Part shown: positions 9,748 to 16,521 of the stretch, in pieces | Layout: each line of letters opens with the position of its first letter | Position numbering within the stretch: the first letter of the stretch is position 1 | IMG/VR virus record: IMGVR_UViG_3300032579_000006 | Strand: one strand, 5' to 3' | DNA length: 52,418 nt | From: a virus | Taxonomy: Duplodnaviria > Heunggongvirae > Uroviricota > Caudoviricetes | Translations under genes and position numbers: made by a program | The notes under the pieces: generated by a model | Databases searched by the model: none | Seen by the model: only the letters and a program-made list of their open reading frames with translations | Told to the model about the DNA's origin: nothing

Positions 9748-10752
9748 ATGGACTTGAAACGATTTAATTTAGGTATAGGTCCGATGAGCAAAGAAATAGT
9801 TGAGCTATGTCTCAGCTATAGTCATCAGAACGACTATCCACTAATGATTATTGCTAGTCGCAATCAAGTAGACTATGATAGTGGCTATGCTATGAACACT
9901 AAAGAACTATCTGACCTAGTATTCAATAGTGAGTATTATGACCGAGATAGAATATTGCTGTGTAGAGACCACTGCGGACCTTACTTTAGTGATGCAGACA
10001 AAAATCTAGACCTCGAAACGGTAATAGAACGATGCATGAATACGATCAAAGCTGATGTCGATGCAAAATTCTACCTAATTCATATTGACGTGAGCAGAGT
10101 CGAGACTGACAAACAACGTGCTGTTGCAGAAAAGTTGTTTTCTTATGCTATGGCATTGAATCCGAAAATTATGTTTGAATTCGGTACCGAAGACAACACT
10201 GGTAATACGACAGAAACCTTGAACATGTTGAATATGCAACTAGAGTATGTCAAGCCTTGGCAAAATAATATATGTTATATTGTTTCCCAGACTGGAAGCT
10301 TGACTAAACAAACTCAAGTAGGTACGTTCAATGTAGAACAAACACAAAAACTGATAAATGTAATACATCAGAATGGTTACATGTTCAAAGAACACAACGC
10401 TGACTACCTTACAGTTGACCAAGTAAAGTTACGTAAAAATACAGGAGTGGATGCATTAAATATTGCTCCGCAACTCGGTACTGTAGCTAGTAGTGTGTTA
10501 TATACATTGGGTTTGGGTACAAAAGAATTAACTAAGTTCATTGATGTTGTGATAGAATCAGGATATTATAAAAAATGGTGTACGGTTGATGTAGATAATG
10601 ACAAAGACCGCTTTATCAGTTCAGCACACTATCTATTCGAACATCCATGTTGTAAAGAATTAAAACAAGTAATAGATATGCGAGAATATAAAGCACTATT
10701 ACAAGACCGATTGTTTTCTATTTTAGATGAATATAGATTAGGATACCATTAA
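9748..10752 (+). CDS. GatZ/KbaZ-family protein (tagatose/fructose-6-P epimerase or aldolase-like)
   Basis: ASRNQVD..SGY, RDHCGP, LIHID, FGTE, FKEHNADYL, LNIAPQLG parallel the GatZ motifs (NQV..GGY, GDHLGP, KIHxD, GTE, EAHSTDY, KVGPAL). Confidence 0.78.
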   Translation: MDLKRFNLGIGPMSKEIVELCLSYSHQNDYPLMIIASRNQVDYDSGYAMNTKELSDLVFNSEYYDRDRILLCRDHCGPYFSDADKNLDLETVIERCMNTIKADVDAKFYLIHIDVSRVETDKQRAVAEKLFSYAMALNPKIMFEFGTEDNTGNTTETLNMLNMQLEYVKPWQNNICYIVSQTGSLTKQTQVGTFNVEQTQKLINVIHQNGYMFKEHNADYLTVDQVKLRKNTGVDALNIAPQLGTVASSVLYTLGLGTKELTKFIDVVIESGYYKKWCTVDVDNDKDRFISSAHYLFEHPCCKELKQVIDMREYKALLQDRLFSILDEYRLGYH

Positions 10753-10777
10753 TAGATTTAATGATAAGGGAATAACA

Positions 10778-10879
10778 ATGCATTTTATAAGAACATTAAT
10801 CAATAAGATTAAACGTGAGATTCTATATAGAAAAAGGATTAAAGAACTAAGAAAAAGAGATCCCTTTATATACAAATAA
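10778..10879 (+). CDS. 33-aa basic small protein (below the ORF-track cutoff)
   Basis: MHFIRTLINKIKREILYRKRIKELRKRDPFIYK with AAGGG SD upstream; fills the gap between two genes. Confidence 0.65.
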   Translation: MHFIRTLINKIKREILYRKRIKELRKRDPFIYK

Positions 10880-10883
10880 TAGC

Positions 10884-12365
10884 ATGAATTATGTAGGTGT
10901 CAGTTGCGGGTTTCACGACGCTGGATTGAGTGTCATTGATGATGCTGGCAATATCCTATACGCCGGCCACAGTGAACGATACAGTAAGAAGAAGCATGAC
11001 GCTGATCTTTGTTTAGGCTTATTAAAAGATGCCCACAAATATATAGATGGGCATTATGAGCTTCATTATTATGAGAAGCCTTGGTTAAAGGTAATCCGCC
11101 AGCTCAGAGCTGGACAGAAGTTAGGACCTTTCTCTGCAAAGGATGTCATCGGTAAAAACATGATGGTTCGTTTTAGCCATGACGGAGAAGTGAAAACACA
11201 CAATCATCACTTATCTCATGCTGCTGCTGGTTTTCAAACTAGTCCATTTGACCATGCTACTGTAGTCATTATTGATGCTATCGGCGAGTTAGATACGATT
11301 ACTATCTGGGATGCGTATTATGATGATAACGGTAGAGCCGTATATAAGAGGCTTTGGGGAAAGCAATATCCAGATTCTATCGGTTTATTCTATTCTGCTA
11401 TGACTGCGAAAGTAGGACTGAAGCCATTAGATGAAGAATATATTCTTATGGGAATGGCTGCTTACGGTAAACCTATTCATGTTAATACGATTCAAAAAGC
11501 GTTGATTCATAATAGTGGTACATTATCTTTCAAAGAAAATCTACATACCGGGGTGAGAGATGATTTCCTCAAAGATGCTGATAATATGGATATAGCTTCA
11601 TCTACTCAAGAACTTACTGAAAGTTTGATACACCATGTCATAGCAAAAGCTATTAATATCGGTAAAAGTCATAATCTTGTTTTTGGTGGAGGAGTCGCAC
11701 TCAACTGTGCAGCAAATCGTAATCTAGGCGGATACTTCGATAACATCTGGATCATGCCTAATCCGGGTGATGCAGGAAACTCATTGGGTGCTGCTGCATT
11801 AGGTTATGGAAAACGAGTAAATTGGGTCGATGCCTTTTTAGGATATAATATAAAAGGCAAATATCCTATTAACAATGTAATTAACCAATTGTATACTAAG
11901 AAGATGGTTGGTGTTGCTAGCGGACGAGCCGAATTCGGTCCTAGAGCATTAGGCAATCGTTCACTATTAGCAGATCCACGCGGCCCTGATATAAAGGATA
12001 CAGTAAATGAAATCAAGCGAAGACAGCAGTTCAGACCCTTTGCGCCGGTCATTCTGGAGGAACTATGTGGCGATTATTTTAATATGCCTTGCGGTTGGAA
12101 CAACAGTAGGTATATGCAAGTCATCGCTCCTTGTAGGGCTCCTGACTTATTTCCTGCTATCGTTCACGCTGACGGGACTTCTCGTGTACAGACAGTACCG
12201 AAAGACGGTTCGGGAATCAGAAGACTCTTAGAACGTTGGTATAATGAGACACGCTGTCCAATGCTACTTAATACATCCCTAAATATTAGAGGTGAGCCTA
12301 TGGTAAATGACCGGGCAGATGCTGATCGGTTCCAGCTACTATATGGGGTAAAAGTCTGCTCTTAA
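10884..12365 (+). CDS. Carbamoyltransferase, NodU/CmcH family
   Basis: GFHDA, ERYSKKKHD, HHLSHAA, GGVALNC, PGDAG, EFGPRALGNRS, FRPFAP, DGTSRVQTV, LNTSLNIRGEP. Confidence 0.95.
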   Translation: MNYVGVSCGFHDAGLSVIDDAGNILYAGHSERYSKKKHDADLCLGLLKDAHKYIDGHYELHYYEKPWLKVIRQLRAGQKLGPFSAKDVIGKNMMVRFSHDGEVKTHNHHLSHAAAGFQTSPFDHATVVIIDAIGELDTITIWDAYYDDNGRAVYKRLWGKQYPDSIGLFYSAMTAKVGLKPLDEEYILMGMAAYGKPIHVNTIQKALIHNSGTLSFKENLHTGVRDDFLKDADNMDIASSTQELTESLIHHVIAKAINIGKSHNLVFGGGVALNCAANRNLGGYFDNIWIMPNPGDAGNSLGAAALGYGKRVNWVDAFLGYNIKGKYPINNVINQLYTKKMVGVASGRAEFGPRALGNRSLLADPRGPDIKDTVNEIKRRQQFRPFAPVILEELCGDYFNMPCGWNNSRYMQVIAPCRAPDLFPAIVHADGTSRVQTVPKDGSGIRRLLERWYNETRCPMLLNTSLNIRGEPMVNDRADADRFQLLYGVKVCS

Positions 12366-12368
12366 AGC

Positions 12369-12445
12369 ATAAATAGATGTGAGTCGCGGGACTGCAATCC
12401 CCACTCACTCTAATGCTAGAAGGAGCTATCAGCATGTCTATTTAT
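12369..12445 (+). ncRNA. Conserved structured leader (late promoter + multi-stem RNA) of HNH gene 1
   Basis: ATAAATAGA(12369-77) pairs with TCTATTTAT(12437-45); GTGAGT/ACTCAC stem; GGGA-CTGCAA-TCCC tip; GCT/AGC stem around AAGG. Near-copy at 23181-23260 on the minus strand. Confidence 0.7.
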
Positions 12446-13096
12446 CGTAAAATTTACGAACAGAATTTTGGTCCCATACCCAAAGACGGTGACGGAAGAA
12501 GTTGCGATGTTCATCATATAGATGGTAACCGCAATAATAATGTACCGGAAAATTTAATCGCATTGTCTATACAAGATCATTACGATATTCATTATCAGCA
12601 AGGAGATTATGGTGCATGTTGGCTCATTTCAAGAAAGCTACGGTTGACGCCAGAGGAACTATCAGACCTCGCCAAATTAACCGGCGCCAACCGCATCGCA
12701 AACGGCACACATCACTTTTTAAAAAGGCCAGATGGGTCATCGTTAGGAAAAGACAGTGTACTCAGACAAACTGAAAACGGGACGAATGCTTTCTCTGGAG
12801 GAGAAGTTCAAAGAAAATCTAACGCTAAGCGAGTGAGGGAAGGAACTCACCATTTTCTTAGTGGTGATATACAAAGAAGAACTCAACAAAGGTTGGTGGA
12901 GAACGGGACTCATCATTTAATGGGGAACGGAGAATTTCAACGAAATGTTCAGAAAACATTGTTAGAGAATGGAACTCACCACTTTCTTACGAATCATCCA
13001 AATAAAATTCAGGTAACTTGTCCGCATTGCAACAAAACTGGCGGAAAAACTAACATGCATCGATACCATTTCGATAAGTGTAGGGTCTTAAAATAA
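12434..13096 (+). mobile_element. HNH homing endonuclease with GTHHF repeats and C-terminal Zn finger
   Basis: DVHHIDGNRNNNVPENL...H..IH; five NGTHHF-type repeats; CPHC...HFDKC. AAGGAG SD before ATG 12434. Confidence 0.85.
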
Positions 13097-13128
13097 TATG
13101 ACATACTGTAATTAGTGTAAATATTGTT

Positions 13129-15669
13129 ATGGCAATTAGAGAAGTATTCTACTCCGGTTCCAAACCCAATGTCCATCCAAGAGAAAAATTTGCTGAATCA
13201 CTAGAAGATGCTAGGAATCAGTGTACGACTGAGCATTTTTGGATTATCAACGAGTTTTGTGACTACCGTAAATTTGATTGGGACTTTGATTTCGAGCTAT
13301 TACCTGACGAAGATATTTGGGCAGAGGCACACGACAATGTATGGCCTAGCCAACATCAAAAAGATAGTGGTACATGGCTGTGTCCTAAGGTAGCCGGTGA
13401 TTATACTATCTATCGAACCGATGTTCCCCCAATTCAACGCAAGAATGAAATCAATGATTTTTGGATTATAGATCCGGCCCTGGATAAATCTAGGTTTGAC
13501 TTTTCTTGGCACCCAGATCCTACGTCTCCTCCATACATATATCAATTCGGTACTCTGCTCGATGAAAACGACGGACCCAGATACGTCACTCCCTATAATG
13601 ACGGAACCATAGTACATCTAGAACGCAAGGAGGTCATACTAGAAGACCTAGAGTTTTCGAAGTACTACATCACTACTACATTGGAAGATTTAATCAACGA
13701 CCACACTAATGAAATCTTTTGGGCATTGAATCCTGAAATTGATTATTCTGGGTTTGACTTTAAATGGGTCCCTGACAGTAAGAACGTATATCACATAAAT
13801 GCATTTGGTACGAAAGACAATATAAACTCCCAGACTTACTTTGTTAATGGTAAGATGTGGGCACGTGGTTATCGGGACATTAACTACATTGAGGATAAGG
13901 TACTAGATGTACGAACCAAGATCGATATTTTCTTTGTCGATAAAGGAAATCCTCAGGCACAAGAACGCTTTCAGCAATTATCTGAGCGTATGGGCAACGT
14001 AACTAAAACTAGATATCTGAACAGCTGGGTTGACACGATCAATCGTTGTGTGACTAAATCAACTACCAATCTATGTTGGATTCTCAATAGTGAATTAGAC
14101 TATTCGTCATTTGAGTTTGATTTCTATCCTAGCCCATGGCAGATGAACTTAGTTCATGTGTTTGGAACTCAGTGGTCACACTGGGGAACAACCTTTATGG
14201 TTAACAAAAATACATTTGCTGATGATACCAAATATATAAAAGTCATTGAGCATTTGCCTAATATAAATTTTGTAAAACGATCACCTGCTAAGGCAGTTGA
14301 TTGTCTTTATGCTATAGTAATCATCGACCATGGTAACGGTGTTGATACAGTAAAAGATGATCTACTCAGTAAAAATCTGAGCGAAAGAAACATCATTGCT
14401 GTGAAATATGATACCAATTATCTAAAAACATTCAAGGAGGTACTCAGTAAATTAGATGTCAATCGTGAACATTATGTATGGATTTGTAGTAGCGTGTGTG
14501 ATTATAGCAGATTTGATTTTAGCTATATCTGCGATCCGTACACCAAAGAACAACTCCACGTCTTCCCGAGCGGTAATCAAAAATTAGGAGACACGTTTCT
14601 AGTAAACGTCAACAAGCTGCGCAAATTGATAGCAGATATGCATCGTCTAGAAGACTATGAAAAGATTAATTATAATCAACATCAAGTTGTCTCAAGATTG
14701 ATGACACCCACAACTATCGAAGGTGCATATTTTCCAAATGAAACACATATGGATTATGCTAGAAATTATGAATGGGATTTTCCTTATGTAACTCTAGTAA
14801 CTGAAGAAAACTGGGATATGGATCCTGAAATTGATCCCGAACCTATGTGTCTTTGGTCACCCGAACAGAAAGCAATCATTATTTCTAGTACAGGTGCAAC
14901 TAGAGTTACGATTCCTCGCGAGGCTAAAAACTATGTCAAAAGTGAACTGTATGATTACCCGTATATAAAGCGAGCAAAAAAACTAACCAAATCTAAACCG
15001 ATGGACATAGTGTATCTCAGTAACGGTGAAGCCGGGGCCGAAAAAAACTGGGAGCATCTACTTCAAATTACTAAAAACATACCAAATAGGGTAGTCAGAG
15101 TGGATGGAGTTAATGGTCGAGTTGCTGCATATCATGCTGCTGCCGAAGCCAGCGAGACACCATGGTTATTTACGGTATTCGCTAAGTTACACATCAATTC
15201 TAATTTTGATTGGTCATGGCAACCAGATCGAATGCAAGCACCTAAGCATTATATCTTTCATGCGAAGAATCCGGTCAATGGATTGATCTACGGTCACCAA
15301 GCGATGATCGCGTATAATAAGCAATTAGTGCTAGAGAATGACGGTTATGGACTAGACTTTACGTTGGATGACCTGCACGAAGTTGTTCCACTCATGTCCG
15401 GTACTGCAAACTATAACACTGATCCGTTCTCTACTTGGCGTACCGCATTCCGTGAAGTGGTCAAATTGAAGGCCGAAGATACCGACATTGCCCGAGAGCG
15501 ATTAGAAGCTTGGCTTACTAAAGCTGAAGGTGATTTTGCAGAATATAGCATCAAGGGTGCAAAAGACGCAGAAGCCTATTACGATGAAGTTGATGGCGAT
15601 TTTGATGCACTGCGATTGAGCTACGAGTGGGAATGGTTAAAATCACGCTTCGTGCAAAAATACGGTTGA
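13129..15669 (+). CDS. 846-aa protein of tandem glycosyltransferase-like domains
   Basis: Motif W(I/A)(I/L)x4-5D(Y/K)xxF(D/E)(F/W) recurs about 6 times. Last domain has DIVYLSNGE..AEKN, RVDGVNG..AYHAAA, FSTWRTAFREVVKL. Confidence 0.65.
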   Translation: MAIREVFYSGSKPNVHPREKFAESLEDARNQCTTEHFWIINEFCDYRKFDWDFDFELLPDEDIWAEAHDNVWPSQHQKDSGTWLCPKVAGDYTIYRTDVPPIQRKNEINDFWIIDPALDKSRFDFSWHPDPTSPPYIYQFGTLLDENDGPRYVTPYNDGTIVHLERKEVILEDLEFSKYYITTTLEDLINDHTNEIFWALNPEIDYSGFDFKWVPDSKNVYHINAFGTKDNINSQTYFVNGKMWARGYRDINYIEDKVLDVRTKIDIFFVDKGNPQAQERFQQLSERMGNVTKTRYLNSWVDTINRCVTKSTTNLCWILNSELDYSSFEFDFYPSPWQMNLVHVFGTQWSHWGTTFMVNKNTFADDTKYIKVIEHLPNINFVKRSPAKAVDCLYAIVIIDHGNGVDTVKDDLLSKNLSERNIIAVKYDTNYLKTFKEVLSKLDVNREHYVWICSSVCDYSRFDFSYICDPYTKEQLHVFPSGNQKLGDTFLVNVNKLRKLIADMHRLEDYEKINYNQHQVVSRLMTPTTIEGAYFPNETHMDYARNYEWDFPYVTLVTEENWDMDPEIDPEPMCLWSPEQKAIIISSTGATRVTIPREAKNYVKSELYDYPYIKRAKKLTKSKPMDIVYLSNGEAGAEKNWEHLLQITKNIPNRVVRVDGVNGRVAAYHAAAEASETPWLFTVFAKLHINSNFDWSWQPDRMQAPKHYIFHAKNPVNGLIYGHQAMIAYNKQLVLENDGYGLDFTLDDLHEVVPLMSGTANYNTDPFSTWRTAFREVVKLKAEDTDIARERLEAWLTKAEGDFAEYSIKGAKDAEAYYDEVDGDFDALRLSYEWEWLKSRFVQKYG

Positions 15670-15695
15670 CATGCAATGTCATATATGATTAAATA
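15666..15695 (+). promoter_or_regulatory. Overlapping sigma70-like and TAAATA late promoters for tmRNA
   Basis: TTGACA(15666-71)-17 nt-TTAAAT with TG extended -10; TAAATA at 15690-95. Confidence 0.65.
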
Positions 15696-15699
15696 GTAT

Positions 15700-16030
15700 T
15701 TGTTCGTTGATACGGACTTAAAACCGGGGAAGACAGGGGTGCGATTCCCCTCGCCTCCACCAGTAAACACACGATAACAGGACGCTGGCTCTGTGAAGCG
15801 GGATATCGGGGTAGCTGCCGAGAAGACGGGGAGAGCATCGTGTGTTTTCTTATGGGGGCGTATAGTATCGATTCACGGCTAGTAGGAAAGTGGAGAACAC
15901 GGTAAGAAACGACCGTCAATCAGTTCAAATTACTAAATGCAAACGAAAATGATGCATATGAAGGCCTTGCGTTAGCCGCATAAGTCTTTTGGGCTTTGCT
16001 AGTTGAGCCTCGAAACAGAATCAACTAGCA
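15700..16030 (+). ncRNA. ssrA: Circularly permuted (two-piece) tmRNA
   Basis: Acceptor piece first: GAC-AGGGG/TGCGATT/CCCCT T-arm, CGCCTCC-A-CCA ending 15762. Coding piece starts GGGGGCG at 15854 and pairs with it (G3:U70). Resume context TAAAT-GCA; tag ANENDAYEGLALAA* at 15939-15983; 3' hairpin TGCTAGTTGA/TCAACTAGCA. Ends are approximate. Confidence 0.93.
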
Positions 16031-16103
16031 CCTATAAAACCTTTAAATATGATATATCGTCCTATAGGTCATAAATAATTTTGACATGTTAGGAGAACAA
16101 ATC

Positions 16104-16475
16104 ATGAAAAACAAGTCAATTATTGCAATCGCTGCATTGGTAGCACTAAGTTTGGCTGCACCTGCATCCGCACACCACTCGTTCGCAATGTTCGACAACC
16201 AAAAGTCGGTGACATTGGAAGGAACAGTAAAAGAATTTCAATGGACTAATCCGCATTCTTGGATTCAACTAATTGTGACTGATTCCTCTGGTAAGCCAGT
16301 TGAATGGTCAATCGAAGGCGGTAGCCCAAATGGTCTATCACGTTCCGGTTGGAAGCGCACTTCATTGAAGTCCGGCGATAAGGCTGTCGTAGTTGTACAT
16401 CCTCTTAAGGATGGCACGAACGGTGGCTCGCTCGTATCTGTTGCGGTTAATGGACAACCAATCGGCAGTCGTTAA
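16104..16475 (+). CDS. Secreted DUF6152-like protein
   Basis: Signal peptide ending APASA, then HHSFAMFD, VTLEGTV..FQWTNPHS, W.IEGGSP; AGGAG SD; TAAATA at 16072-77. Confidence 0.75.
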   Translation: MKNKSIIAIAALVALSLAAPASAHHSFAMFDNQKSVTLEGTVKEFQWTNPHSWIQLIVTDSSGKPVEWSIEGGSPNGLSRSGWKRTSLKSGDKAVVVVHPLKDGTNGGSLVSVAVNGQPIGSR

Positions 16476-16521
16476 TTCTTTATATAAGTGAAGTTAGTTG
16501 ATGTTCATTACTAAATACAGT

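Noticed and set aside
12388-12401. GGGA-CTGCAA-TCCC resembling a tRNA-Cys anticodon arm
   Set aside because: The loop has 6 nt, there are no D/T arms or acceptor stem, and the second copy has a different tip sequence.
15776-15836. Glycine-riboswitch-like or hammerhead-like words in the tmRNA intervening segment
   Set aside because: The elements (CTCT, GCCGAGAAG, GGAGAG, CTGTGA) are in the wrong order or incomplete for either RNA class.
15689-15919. 76-aa minus-strand ORF
   Set aside because: It is the antisense of the tmRNA gene.
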